Part shown: positions 1-12,809 of the stretch, piece by piece | Layout: each line of letters starts with the position of its first letter | How positions within the stretch are numbered: the first letter of the stretch is position 1 | DNA from: Mobula hypostoma | Taxonomy: Eukaryota | Reading direction: 5' to 3' | DNA length: 64,000 bases | NCBI RefSeq assembly: GCF_963921235.1 | Contig: NC_086107.1 | Location: forward strand, 93,188,001 to 93,252,000 | Made by a program: the position numbers and the translations under genes | The notes under the pieces: model-generated | Seen by the model: the letters and a program-made list of their open reading frames with translations, nothing else | Told to the model about the DNA's origin: nothing | The model's database searches: none

Positions 1-1985
1 TTGCCTCTCTTTTACACATTATATATCTGAAAAAAACTTTAGGTATCCTCTTTAATATTACTGGCTAGCTTACCATCATATTCCATCTTTTCCCTCTTTA
101 TGGCTTTTTAAAAACTTGCCTTCTGTTGGTTTTTAAAACTTCCCAATCCTCTAACTTACTACTAATTTTAGCTTTATTAAATGCCCTCTCTTTTGCTTTT
201 CTGTTGTTTTTGACTTCTCTTGTCAGCTACAGTTATGTCATCCTGCCTTTAGAATACTTTCTCTTCTTTGGGATGTATCTATCCTGTGCCTTCCAAATTC
301 CTTCAAGAAACTCCAGCCATTGCAGTTTTTCTGTCATCGCCGCTAGTGTCCCCTTCAAATTAACATTGGCCAGCCCCTCTGTCATGCCTCTGTAATTCCC
401 TTTACTCCACTATAATATTAACTTTAGCTTCTCCCTCTCAAATTGCAGGGTGAATTCTATCATATTATGATCACTGCCTCCTCGGGGTTCCTTTACCTTA
501 AGGTCTCTCGTCAATTCTGGTTCATCACACAACACCCAATCCAGAATAGCTGATCCCCTAGTGGGCTCAACCGTGAGCTGCTGTAAAAAGCCAGCTTGTA
601 GGAATTCTACAAGTTTCCCCTCTTGGAATCTAGCACCAATCCAATTTTCCCAACCTACCTGTATATTGAACTCTCCATGCCTATCATAAAATTGCCCTTT
701 TGACATGCATTTTCTATCTTCCCTTGTAATTTGTAGCCCACATCTTTGCTGCTGTTCAGAGGTCTGTATATAACTCCCATCAGGGTCATTTTACCCTTGC
801 AGTTTCTTAGCTCTAGCTACAATGATTCTATGTCACTTCTTGCTAATGAATTGATTTCATTTTTTTTTACCAACAGAGGCATCCCACCCCTTCTGGCTAC
901 CTGCCTGGCCCTTTAATACAATGCTTATCCTCAAAAGTTAAGCTCAAAACTGTAGTCACTTTCAGCCATGATTTAGTGATACCCACAACATCATATATGC
1001 CAATCTGTAACTGTGCTACAAGTTCATCTACCTTATTCCATACACTGCATGCATTCAAATATAGCACCTTCAGTCTTGTATTCCCCTTTTTCAAATTTGT
1101 CTGCCTTTTACATTGCAACTCATCCTCTTGACTGCAATTTTGACATATCATCTGCACTCTTTGCTAGCAGTCTCACTCCACACTACATCTGTTTGTAAAT
1201 CAACTTGCCCCATCCTCAGCCCTACCACTCTGGTTTCCATCCATTCCAGTTTAAACCCTTCCGAACAACTCTATCAAACTTGCCCATGAGGATAGTTGTC
1301 CCTCCAGGGGTCAGGTGTAACTCATCCGTTTTGTACAGATGGTACCTTCTCCAGAAGAAATCCAAAAGATCCTGAAATCTGAACCCCTCCCCCGGCACCA
1401 TTTCCTCAGCCACACACTTATCTGCCAAATGCTCCTATTCTTATCTTCACTGGCACATGAGGCAGGCAGCAATCCATAGATTACTACCCTGAAGGTCTAG
1501 CTTTTCAGTTTTCTACCTAGCTCCCTAAAATTTCTCTTCAGGACCTCCTTGGCTTTCCAATCTCTGTTATTGATACCAATATATACAAAGACTTTTGACT
1601 GCTCACCCTCCCTCTTTAGAATGCGCATGGACTTGTTCCAAGACATCCCTGACTCTGGCATCTGGGAGGCAACATACCATTCAGGTGTCTCTATCCCCTC
1701 CATAGAATCTCTGCTCTGTTCCTCTAACTATGGAATCTCCTGTCACCATTACAGTCCCCTTCACTTCCCTTCTCTTCTGAGCCACAACCACAAAATCAGT
1801 GCCAGGGACCCAGTCACTATGGCTCCCCCTAGTAGGACATACCCCACAACAATATCCAAAGTGGCATACTTATTATTAAAGGGAAAGGCCACAGGTGTAC
1901 TCTGCACTGGCTGTGCATTTCCTTCCTTCTCCTGACATTCACGCAGTTACCTGGCTCCTGCAGCCTAGAGGTGACTACCACCCAG
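1..1985 (-). mobile_element. CR1-clade LINE, decayed (ORF1 SGNH esterase + ORF2 AP endonuclease), runs off the window start
   Basis: Minus-strand ORF pieces VFVYIGINN (1497-1703) and YKTDELHLTPGG (1222-1428) match the ORF1 esterase; LYLNACS..ITKSWL (897-1157) and PTRGSAILDWVL..GSDHNMIEF (410-706) match the APE; many stops and frameshifts. Confidence 0.9.
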
Positions 1986-2544
1986 TGTGTGGTTGTGGAT
2001 GTGTTCACAGGCCACAGAACATGCTCAAAGTCATATGGGCAGTGCCAAAGCTTTGAGGGCCTTGAGACTGCCCCTCTTGTGAAAATTGAAGATTGTGGAG
2101 GGATTGAAAGGGAAGGCCAGTCACTTGCTGCGACGGTCTACATTCCATGTCTGGTGCACAATGGTGCATTTCTCCTCAGAGTTGGCTTTCCTTTTAAGCT
2201 AATAGTTATTGGAGTGAGCGAGAGATTATCAGCTTCAAACAATAAAATATTTAAGGAAAAAAATCGACTAGTGTGCTCATTGATTAAATGTGGGCCCCTG
2301 AGCCCTACAATTAGTTACCATGAACAAGGCTGGAAATAAATAACATTAACAAATTAATGACAACATGGAACCAATGGAAATATTAATGTTACTGATATTG
2401 AGCATACGAGTGGTCATAGTATTTACTTGCAACATTCATTGTTCTAGCAATGTTAACAGTAATGCTAGTTGTCATTATTGGTAATAACAATTGAAGTTGC
2501 TTCTCCAACAATGGTAATCACCAGCGGAGTGCAGGAATGGTTAT

Positions 2545-3400
2545 ACATAGAGTCATAGAGAAGTACAGCACAGAAAAAGGCTCTTTGGCCCATCTAGTCC
2601 ATGCTGAACACCATTTAAACTGACTACTCCAACGACGTACACTGGGACCACCACTTTCCATATCCCAGCCATCCATATACCTATCCAAACTTCTTTTAAG
2701 TATTGAAATCGAACTCACATGGATCCCTTGTGCTGGTAACTCACTCCACACTCTCACAACCCTCTGAGTGAAGAAGTTTTCCCTCGTGTTCCCCTTAAAC
2801 TTCTCAGCTTTCACCCTTAAGCCATGACCTCTGGTTCTCGTCCCACTCAACCTCAGGGGAAATAGCCTGTCTGTATTTGCTCTATCTATACACCTCATAA
2901 TTTTGTATACCTCTGTCAAATCTCTTCTCAATGTTCTACGTTGTAAAGTATACAGTGCTAATCTATTCAATCGTTCCTTATAACTCAGGTCCTCCAGAAA
3001 TGCGACATCCTTGTAAATTTTCGCTGCACTCTTTCAACCTTGTTTACATCTTCTCTGTAGGTAGGTGACCAAAACTGCACACAGTACCCAAACTAGGCCT
3101 CACCAATTTCTTATACAACTTCAGCATAACATCCAATCTTCTATACTCAATACATTAATTAATGAAGGCCAATGTGCCAAAAGCTTGCTTTATGACCCTA
3201 TCCACTTTCAATGAAATATGCACCTGTATTCCCAGTTCCCTTTGTTCTACCACACTCATCAGTGCCCTACCTTTCACTGTGTAGAACCTACCCTAGCAAA
3301 GTGCAAAACTTCACATTTGTCTGCATTAAGTTCCATCTGTCATTCTTTAGCCCATTTTCCCATCTGATGTAGATCCCTCTGCAAGCCAGGATATCTTTTC
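2545..3400 (-). mobile_element. CR1 LINE 3' fragment
   Basis: ORF 2518-2970 RRDLTEVYKIM..TRTRGH..FFTQRVVRVW is the CR1 ORF2 C-terminus; CTCTATGA-type tail near 2550. Confidence 0.9.
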
Positions 3401-4411
3401 AGATAACATGTTTGGATAATAATAATACTAACTAGAAGGCTTAGTCAATGCCAGTTTTAACTATGACCATAGGGGCCCTACAATATCAACAGTGGCAATA
3501 GCCCAGTATGGTGTATTAACATTAATTCAATTTTTAGCAACGTTATTAACATCTACATCCTAAACTGATCATAATATTATTCGTTATTAATGTTAGGAAT
3601 GCTGCTAGCAATACCATGTCCAACCACGTAGAACGAAACAAGATTAAGATTGTCTCCAACAGACCTGGATAATTGAACAGAAATAGCAAGGGCGTCGGAT
3701 TTTGGAACAATAACTCCTATCTCAGGAGAAAGAGGCACGTATTTCCATTAAAGATTCCTTGGTCATCCAATGAACCCGATGTTATCTCTTGGTGACGACA
3801 TGACGTGACATTCCTTTCTCTTTTTTTCATTCCTTGTCTCTGCCTGGGTGGAAGAAACGTTTACAATATATTTCTGGTGCATTACTGTATATAGTCCAGC
3901 AATGTGCAAAATAACACGAGGCACGGTTCTACTGCCGCTTCTGATAAAGTAAATCAACCGAGCTTGGTGAAATATCTTTGAAGTGTGATATTAAAATGGC
4001 ACGATCTATGCTTTCACACGAACCGAATTTACTGCAGATCATATGCGGAACAGACTTAAATATCACCAACGAGTGATACTTTCCAATTTAATATGCTACC
4101 TTATTAAAAAGACAACAAAAGTAAGCCTTTATACGCATGGCAAACACATTCATACTTCCATGGATCACAAAAAGGAGAGCTAAATCACAAAACGTGGTAC
4201 CAGAGCAGAAGTCATTGTCAACTAAACCTTCAGCGCAAGATTTAGTCAGATTTAATAATTAATTTTAATATATGTTTACTTATTCTTTCTTTTTAAATGT
4301 GATTTCACTTGGTTTTTATTCACTCGATTTATAAAGTATTGCCTCCCTCCCCACTCCCGCCGCCAGTACTTCCCTGAGTATCCCTACTGAACATTATCCA
4401 TGCATTATATA

Positions 4412-4433
4412 CGTGTGTAGGCGTGTGCGTGTG

Positions 4434-4466
<33 letters not shown>

Positions 4467-4765
4467 TTATGTATGTGTATATTTGTATGTAAGTGTGTGA
4501 GAGAGAAGGAGCGAGTTGGTCAGAGTAATTGTATGTACTGGCGCGAATATTTTTGTGCACAGGTGTGAGAGAAAGATTATTTATGTGTCAGTATCCATTT
4601 AGTGTGTTTTAAGTAATTTAAATCTATGTTTGTATAATCAATAATGTCTGTTACTAAATGTGTGTAGATTATTTCTGTACATCTATGCCTATGTGATTAT
4701 GTACGTGTGTGTGATAAGCGTGATGTATATCCGTATGTGTATGCTTCTATGTGTAGTGTGTGTGT

Positions 4766-4816
<51 letters not shown>
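4412..4816. repeat. Two (GT)n microsatellites with GT/AT-rich low-complexity sequence between them
   Basis: (GT)n at ~4412-4466 and ~4750-4816. Confidence 0.95.
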
Positions 4817-4818
<2 letters not shown>

Positions 4819-5416
4819 GGCAACTAATTGTGTGAGTGAGATTTTTTTTGTGAAAGCACTATAAAATTTACCATAGAAAAATCCATATCGCTCCGGTCCA
4901 TTGAGAACTCTTTTTTTCATAGAGAAGCCTGGATTTACAACGCAAGGGGTCGCCAGTAAACACATCCCCCTCTCGCATGGCTTCATTGAGAGAAAGGAGA
5001 CTCCTTTTTATCACTGGAAACTGAGTCTCATTCATGGAGACTGTGGGTCATTCAAAAATAGCCGAGATTAATCCGCCATCCCATTCAGATTCCCTACTAT
5101 TCTACGAACATTCAAGGCATTCCGACGACTCTTATTACGATGTTAAATTATTTTTTCAAGTCTATTTAATAATAATTTTGATATCTTAAAATTACGAGTG
5201 CTAGGATCGTGTATTTTCGAAAAAGGTAGATGAAAATTCATACCCCTCCCCATAGTTTTACCTCATGTTCAATTCCATCTTTCTCTATCCCCATTCAGTC
5301 CTGTCCCATTCATAACAGAATTCAAAATTCTTCAGTTTGATGTCTAAAGATTAATGTTTCATTGCAGTGATGCATTCTGCGCACGGGAAAACTGGCGGGA
5401 ACCTGAATCGCACAAA

Positions 5417-5442
5417 GGAGCTATCCAGGCGTTAGTGCTGAA
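5417..5442 (-). promoter_or_regulatory. Non-canonical (split) RE1/NRSE-like REST site
   Basis: GGAGCTATCC-N7-AGTGCTGAA versus canonical GGCGCTGTCC-N2-GGTGCTGAA. Confidence 0.45.
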
Positions 5443-5534
5443 ATCTCCTTGAGTTTGATCCCAAAGGGGAGGCGTTCCGCTGCTCCAGCCACCTAATCCC
5501 TTCAGCCTTACCATCACCCCGACCTACCCCAAAC

Positions 5535-5940
5535 CTCTCTTTCTTTCTCTTTCTCTCTCTCTCTCTTTCTCTGGTTGCCGTGCACTTGTGTCTACCCGAC
5601 TCTCACACTCTATCTTTTTTTTCTGTGTATCCGCGTCCCTTCGTGCCATTAACATCTTCTTCGGCCTCTCCCTTGCTCTCCCGCTTGTCTTCCCCTCCCT
5701 CTCTCTCTATTTCTGTCTTCTCTCTATTGTTCTCTTCCTCCGTCTCTCTCCTTCTGTCTTCCCCCTCCCCATCTCTCTTCCTCTTTTCTCTCCCCTCCTA
5801 TCTCTTTTTCGTCCACCCTCTCCATCGCACCCTTTCCTTCCCTCCCCATTCCCCTCTTCCCATTACATTTCTCCCCTCTTATTCTCCCCCCAACCCCGTC
5901 TTTTGCCGGGTATCGGTATTTGCCCACATATTTCTTGATA

Positions 5941-6016
<76 letters not shown>

Positions 6017-6123
6017 TCACTCCCTCTCTCATCTTCTTTCCCCGTCCGTCTTTGAATCTTTTTTCCTTTGTCTCAATTATACTGAACATGCATTTGTCTG
6101 GGGCAGACGCGCGCGCGCGCTCA

Positions 6124-6157
<34 letters not shown>
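5535..6157. repeat. CT-rich tract with (CT)n, (CA)n and (GC)n microsatellites
   Basis: Directly visible. Confidence 0.95.
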
Positions 6158-6160
<3 letters not shown>

Positions 6161-6302
6161 GAGCAGCTTGATTGTAAGGCATTCGTTACACTGAAGAGTG
6201 GGTTTTATGCAGTAAAAAGTTACAGATGTCTTATTACAACCACGCTCTGCAAATGAGTGGTTACCGGGGGAACCCCGTCTCTGCTCGTGTGCAATCTCTT
6301 AC

Positions 6303-6580
6303 CTCATTTCATCTTCACCAACACAGCAATTAACTACATTAGGCAACCTTCACTGGATAGGGTGCTTGCTCGGATATATACCCTAGACTGCTAGTAGAGT
6401 AAACATCGAAAGCGGAGCGACCTGAATTTTTGAAAGAATTTGATTAAAATCCGGGACAGACGCCACTGATCTCCCCATAGAGGCGAAATTGGCTAATTGC
6501 TCTTTTTAAGAATGTAACAGGGGGATTGTGTGGTATTGGACTGGTCTTCCGCCAGCACAGTTCCCCCGTCCTTTGTTCTA
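6303..6580 (-). other. Candidate first exon (5' UTR) ending ...GAAGATGAAATGAG|GTAAGA
   Basis: Consensus-matching donor GAG|GTAAGA with intron GT at 6302-6301, lying downstream of a (GA)n tract on the minus strand; 5' boundary unknown. Confidence 0.4.
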
Positions 6581-6583
6581 CCG

Positions 6584-6587
<4 letters not shown>

Positions 6588-6638
<51 letters not shown>

Positions 6639-6706
6639 CCCCTCTCTCTCTCTCCTCTCTCTCCCCTCTCTCCCCTTCTCTCTCTATCTCTCTATGTCTC
6701 TCTCTA

Positions 6707-6757
<51 letters not shown>

Positions 6758-6795
6758 TACTCTCTCACTCACTCACTCTCTCTCTCTCTCTCTCT
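6588..6795. repeat. Compound (CT)n microsatellite
   Basis: Directly visible. Confidence 0.95.
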
Positions 6796-7184
6796 TCCTC
6801 TCATCTTCACACAAAGCCTCAGTGGGTTTTCTTTTGTTCTCGTGCGCAGGGAATTCGACTGGATATGACGGTCTCCAAACCGAGTGGAAACGCCGGGAGA
6901 ATTTTTCATCGCCCGTTCGAAGACGGCAAAGAACAGAATCAATAATACATTTCCCAAAATATAAGAACAATTTTAGTTCTATGCAATGCCAGGTACCGTT
7001 CAAGGGGAGTTACTGTAGGTCACCATTTAACTTCAAGGTCTTCCCTCTGGCTTGCTTGCATTTCTTTAATCTGCTCCACTCCCCCACCCCACCCCGGTAA
7101 TCCATAAAGTAGAGGGCTTGAGTTACATATATTGGGGGTTATACCGAATATAAAGGGGTGCGTGTCTGTATGCACACACACCAC

Positions 7185-7220
<36 letters not shown>

Positions 7221-7818
7221 TTGTATAGGTTTATTGCAAATATACTGTATTCAAAGGGAGACATTTCCGCATGCCTTAAAGGGCTTCAAGCCCGATCCTG
7301 GTATTCCCTGCGACATCAGCAGCTTTCTTCCATGTAACATCATTTGCCCACTTGAATAAAAACGCCTTTATTAAATAAATTCTCGCTTACACAAAGCTGG
7401 ATAGATGTAACGGGACAATGGCCAAACACGGGAAGCAAAAGTCTTACCCAATCACTCATGTTTTCTCAAATCTCTTACTATACTAGAGACAATAGAGACT
7501 CTCGGGTGCGTGGAGATAGCGCGCAAAATGTTAGAAACTCTGGACTGGCTGTGAAATGCCGAAATGTGTGACCCAGCTTTGTAGTTGCAACCAGAGCATA
7601 AAATGTATTTAAAAGATAACCTTTCCCCCACTCCCACCCCACCCAGTGCGTCGTGGATTCAGAGAGTTGGGGATTTAATTACCATTGCAAAGTAAAATAT
7701 AATAAAACAAAAATGGGATTGAGAACTAGTTCTTAATCTTGTCTGTGTGCCGAGAGGCAGCGGCGGTTACGGAGCTACCACAGGGAGGACATCTCCTTCC
7801 AATGCCTGCCTAACCTCC

Positions 7819-7830
7819 GCTGACGTCAGC
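7819..7830. promoter_or_regulatory. Full palindromic CRE (GC-TGACGTCA-GC)
   Basis: Perfect TGACGTCA at 7821-7828 with its CpG retained, inside the TE-free island. Confidence 0.4.
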
Positions 7831-8334
7831 ACATCGTGAGTTTTGCCTAGGAACAGCGATTTTAAATAGTAACAGATTAATTCCGAGCTGGGAGGATGGG
7901 AAAGATAGGGAATGCGGCGTGGGTTGCAGAGGAGATGGAGAGAGGAATGGCGATGCCAGAGAGGAATGCTCGGAGACTTTATTAAGGTTGTTGGTTTTGG
8001 GGGGGGGGGGGGGCGAGATGGCAGTAAGGTGCTTGGCTGAAGGTCTAGGGCGTGCTCTAGGGAGAGAGCAGGACGCACAGGGATTAACTGCGAGACAGCA
8101 GAAATATGGACGATATCGTCAGTGGCAGGGAGTGAATAACAAAAGGAAGTTACATGGTAAAGTGTATGGCGGAAAACAGGGATAAAAGGACGAGAGAACT
8201 GACAACCCCTAGGCCTGCTGAGAAGTTACCAAGGATGGGTGTAGACCAAGGGTTATGTCTGTATTATCCTACAGTGGGTAACACCCAGAATAAGGTCAGT
8301 CTCACAAAGGAGAGTAAAAGGGTTACATGCACAT

Positions 8335-8560
8335 CCAGAGTTAGAGATTTTGCCTGGTTAATATAGCACACTCCAAGACTGAGTTGTTTACCAAGATAAC
8401 ATAACACACACGTCGACAGCGAGTTAGCTCCACCAGAATAATGTAGCACACACATGTAGAGTGAGTTAGTTTTCCAGGTTAATGTAGCACACACCAATAC
8501 TTAGTTTACCGAGATAACATAACACACATGCACACACACACACACACACACACACTCACA
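8335..8560. repeat. Degenerate ~40-bp minisatellite ending in (CA)n
   Basis: Recurrent GAGTTAG...CCAG.ATAA..TAGCACACAC units, about 5 copies. Confidence 0.65.
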
Positions 8561-8959
8561 TCTAAAGTGATTTTGCTCCACCAGATTAAGGTAATGCACA
8601 TGCAGAGCGAGTGTCTCTCATGGATAGGCAGACAGAAACATCTGCATTAGATGGAACACCTTCTTTAATGGGTACACCAGCATCTCTGGTTGCCATTTAC
8701 CATAAGCAGAGATTTTGTTTAATGTGATGCTAGCCAGTACAGCCTCCCACCAACCCTATGTTTCAGAGGGGAGTATCACTAGCTGGTGAGGTTCTCAGCC
8801 AGTCAGACGGCAGGAGAACCATGAAAATTAACTAGTTGTGAGATACAGCAGTAAAGACAGTGTATGGGTTTGAACTCAGAGATCTTCAGATTGAGTGGGA
8901 TAAATGGTGGGTGGGGTGGAGTTGCTGCTCCTACAACATCCCAGAATGGCGGGCCAGAG

Positions 8960-9310
8960 GGTAGACTGCTGCTTCGCTGCACCAGAGACCTAGGTTCCAT
9001 CCTGACTGTGTGAAGTCTGCACATTCTCCCTCTGTCTAATGCGTGGGTTCGCTCTGGGTGCTCCAGTTTTTTCCCATTTCCAAAGATGTCCACGATGGTA
9101 GGTTAAATCACCATTGTAAGTTGGTCCCAGTGTGTGTGGGGGAGTGCTGGAATCCAGGAGCTGTTGAGAATGTGGGGAGAATAATTTTGTGGGCTGCCCC
9201 CAGCACAACCTTGCATTGGTCGTTAATGCAAATGCCTAATTTCACTGTATGGTTTGATGTACACATGATAAATAAAGTTAAATCTTGAATCTTGAACCTT
9301 GAATCTTAAA
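8960..9310 (+). mobile_element. V-SINE (HE1-like, tRNA-derived)
   Basis: V-domain TGCACATTCTCCC..GCGTGGGTT..GGGTGCTCCAGTTT..CCAAAGATGT; (TTGAA)n tail. Confidence 0.8.
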
Positions 9311-9509
9311 AGAAGGATTAATGTAGGAATAATTGATGGTCAGTGTGAACCCATTGGGTCAAAGGGCCTGTTTCCACTTTGTTCCTCGCCACTGTCATCT
9401 ACAACTAACCCAATGAATCCTCCACTTATTGTGGGATAGATCATGATAATGAATGTTCATCAAAGCTTTGTATTTTGGCTAGTCAGAAGTAAAAGAGAAG
9501 CATTCTGTA

Positions 9510-10115
9510 AAGGGCAGAATGATGATAGCAATGAGAAGAGGCCATGTCCTGGATGGTGAGGGTTCTTAGAGGCATCGACTTTTGACGATGTCCTTGATGC
9601 TGGCCAGGCTAATGCCCATGATAGACTGGCTGAGTTTACAACCCTCTGTAGCTTCTTCTAATCCAGTCCATCAGCACCTCAGTACCAAACTGTGATTAAA
9701 CCAGCCAGAATGCTCTCCACAGTACTTCTGAAGAAATGTTCTAGTGTTCTTGGAGGCATATCAAATCTCATCAAAGTCCAAATGAATCGTATTAGGGGAC
9801 CATTCAGTGGTCTCATAACAGTGGGATAGAAGCATCCTTGAACTTGGTGATGCATAGATTCAGGCTTTTGTAGATCCTGCCTGATGGAGGAGGGAGGAGA
9901 GAGAATGTGCGGTGTGGCGGGGTGGGGGGGGGGTCTTTGATTATTCTGGCTGCTTTCCTGTGTCAGTGAGAAGTATAGACAGAGTCCATGGAGGGAAGGC
10001 TGTTTCCTGTGACGTGCTGACGGGCATCCACAACTCTCTGCAGTTTCTTACAGTCACAGGCAGAGCTGTGTCATACCAAGCCATGGATAGGATGCTTTCT
10101 ATGGTGCATCAATAA
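9510..10115 (-). mobile_element. Two Rex1/Babar-like LINE 3' fragments
   Basis: Homologous to the 3' part of the element at 32285-34672. Confidence 0.65.
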
Positions 10116-10534
10116 AGAAATGGTCAAAATTCAGAGAAAAGCAATCAGTTTATTTTTCAGATCTGGGATTCAGGACCTCTGAATGTCATTGTACGGGGCA
10201 GCAAATGGTACTTAGGAATATTAAATGATCATTGACGGAATGATTTGTATCACAAGTGAGGTAAGGTACAGAGAGTGCTTTGGTGCCCTGTGTGTGCCTT
10301 TGTTTGCTGACAATTCAAAGCTAGACAGGGCAGTAATCTGTAAGGACGTAAATCTGCAGAGGGCTGTAGGCAGCATGAGTAAATGGGTATGAAGGTGTCA
10401 GGTGGAATATAATATGAGAAAAAAGATGAGGTTATTCACTCCAGATGGAAGAATATCACAACAAAAAGGGACAATTCATTCTCTCTCCCTCTCGCTATCT
10501 GTCTCTTCTTTCTCTCTTTTTTTCTGCTTTTCTT

Positions 10535-10545
<11 letters not shown>

Positions 10546-10584
<39 letters not shown>

Positions 10585-11548
10585 CACACAAGTACCTTCA
10601 CACATTCATGTGCACACACATACACACTCTGCACATGTGTACATATAAACACCCCTGTACACACACGTAATACATACATGTAAACACAAACATTCATGCA
10701 CACACAAATACACATATGTGCACACATATATATTTGTGCTCCACACACATACACATGAACACACACACACATACACACATGCATGCACACAGACACATAT
10801 ACAAACACACATAAACACACACACACATACACACATGCATGCACACAGACGCATATACAAACACACATAAACACACACACACACATACACACATGCATGC
10901 ACACAGACACATATACAAACACACATAAACACACACACACATACACACATGCATGCACACAGACACATATACAAACACACATAAACACACACACACACAT
11001 ACATGCATGCACACAGACACATATACAAACACACATAAACACACACACACATACACACATGCATGTACACAGACACATATACAAACACACATAAACACAC
11101 ACACACATACACACATGCATGCACACAGACGCATATACAAACACACATAAACACACACACACACACATACACACATGCATGCACACAGACACAGATACAA
11201 ACACACATAAACACACACACACATACACACATGCATGCACACAGACACATATACAAACACACATAAACACACACACACACATACATGCATGCACACAGAC
11301 ACATATACAAACACACATAAACACACACACACATACACACATGCATGTACACAGACACATATACAAACACACATAAACACACACACACACACATACATGC
11401 ATGCACACAGACACATATACAAACACACATAAACACACACACATACACACATGCATGCACACAGACACATATACAAACACACATAAACACACACACATAC
11501 ACACATGCATGCACACAGACACATATACAAACACACACACACACACAC
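10546..11548. repeat. CA-derived ~54-58-bp minisatellite (about 14 units from ~10757)
   Basis: Unit (CA)nTACACACATGCATGCACACAGACACATATACAAACACACATAA. Confidence 0.95.
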
Positions 11549-12194
11549 AGTTTATACAGACACTGCTTTGACTCAGTCACTTTCTGTCTCACACACAAAC
11601 AATGACCACGACTCACTGTGGGATAGTGTGACCCATGGCCAATAACTCCCACCACATCCAAGCTTTGCATCCTAGGTTTGGTTCGGACCGAGGGAGCAGA
11701 CGGCTGGTAATGCACACAGGAGGTGGCCACCTCGGGAGAGTTGATTTGTGTCTCTGGAAGAGAACACCTGGATTTCAGGGGCAATGTCAGGTACCAGGAG
11801 ATGCAGAGGTTCTCCACAACCTGCGGAGTACAAGCTCATGGGTACAAATACCTGGGCATGGCTAATTTCGTGAGTACACATGCCTTTCCTGCAGGACTGC
11901 ACCCATAAACAAAAGGCCTCACTTTCAAACATTCTCAGTTAATGAAACCTTCAGATTTCTCTCAGGAGACAGACACAGACAATGAGCTGGGACCCACATA
12001 TCACAGAGGTGAAAGGAGACACGCAGTGACCCCACCAGAACTGGAAGACCCCAGCATATCGTTGCCTGTGTTTGTTGTTCATTCAAATAACATATTTCAC
12101 TGACTGTTTTGATGTACTTGTGGTAAGTAAATGAACCTGAGCCTACCTTTATGATCCAGTGACGTATGCCTGGGTCTTGAGTTAATACATTTTT

Positions 12195-12500
12195 TTACAG
12201 AGCTGTAGACACAGCCCAGTCTATCACACAAACCAGCCTCCCCTCCATGGGCTCTGTCTACAGTTCCGTTGCCTTGGGAAAACAGCCAACATAATCAAAT
12301 ACCACTCTCATCCCAGACATTCTCTCTTCTCTCTCCTTCCATCAGACAGGAGCTACAAAAGCCTGTGAACACTTATCACCAGTTTCAAGGGCAGCTTTTA
12401 ACCAAGTCTCCAAATGGACTTCTTATGTAACAAAGATGAAATCTTGACCACCCCCCCCCCAATCTGCCTCGCCGTGGCAAAAGCTCATTGTGATCTATTA
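12195..12500 (+). mobile_element. Rex1/Babar-like LINE 3' fragment
   Basis: Encodes an HPRHSLFSLLPSDRSYK-like C-terminal motif. Confidence 0.65.
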
Positions 12501-12809
12501 CTGTGCCGTATCTCTAATTAAAAAAAAACAAACTCTACTTGGCAGTGTGGCAACAAAGACCCTTTCTTCTTTCTGGATGCCAGGATCTTTTGGGCACTGT
12601 GCACCAGCCCACATCTCAAGCAAGGTCACAAGCTCACTGTGTGAATCTTAGAAGGGCATTTGTAGTTCAGAGACAAGAACACAAACTGCTTTCCAGTTAT
12701 CTTTGGGGTAGTGAGGGGAGTCCCAAGCCCTTATGGGCACTGGTGGAGAGTCAACTTTAACTTATTTGTTACTATATTTTGGAAAGGTGTCCATTACTGT
12801 TAAATAACA

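Larger units (their letters stand above)
3400..8200 (-). promoter_or_regulatory. TE-free, CpG-containing island; probable promoter/first-exon region of an unidentified minus-strand gene
   Basis: About 4.8 kb with no recognisable TE, visible CpG retention, long (GA)n/(CA)n tracts, minus-strand donor-like sites at 6303, 5512 and 4872, and RE1-like and CRE motifs. Confidence 0.5.

Noticed and set aside
1985..2200. Possible exon or Tx1/L1 fragment within ORF 1971-2339
   Set aside because: It has no convincing splice sites or protein motif in any frame.
4997..5029. miRNA-like hairpin GAGACTC..GAGTCTC
   Set aside because: The stem is too short and matches no miRNA I recognise.
5580..7100. Overlapping L/S- and H/T-rich ORFs
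   Set aside because: They are artefacts of (CT)n/(CA)n microsatellites.
10584..11817. Longest ORFs (284-403 aa, C/V/M- or H/T-rich)
   Set aside because: They are translations of the CA minisatellite, open in several frames only because the repeat lacks stop codons.
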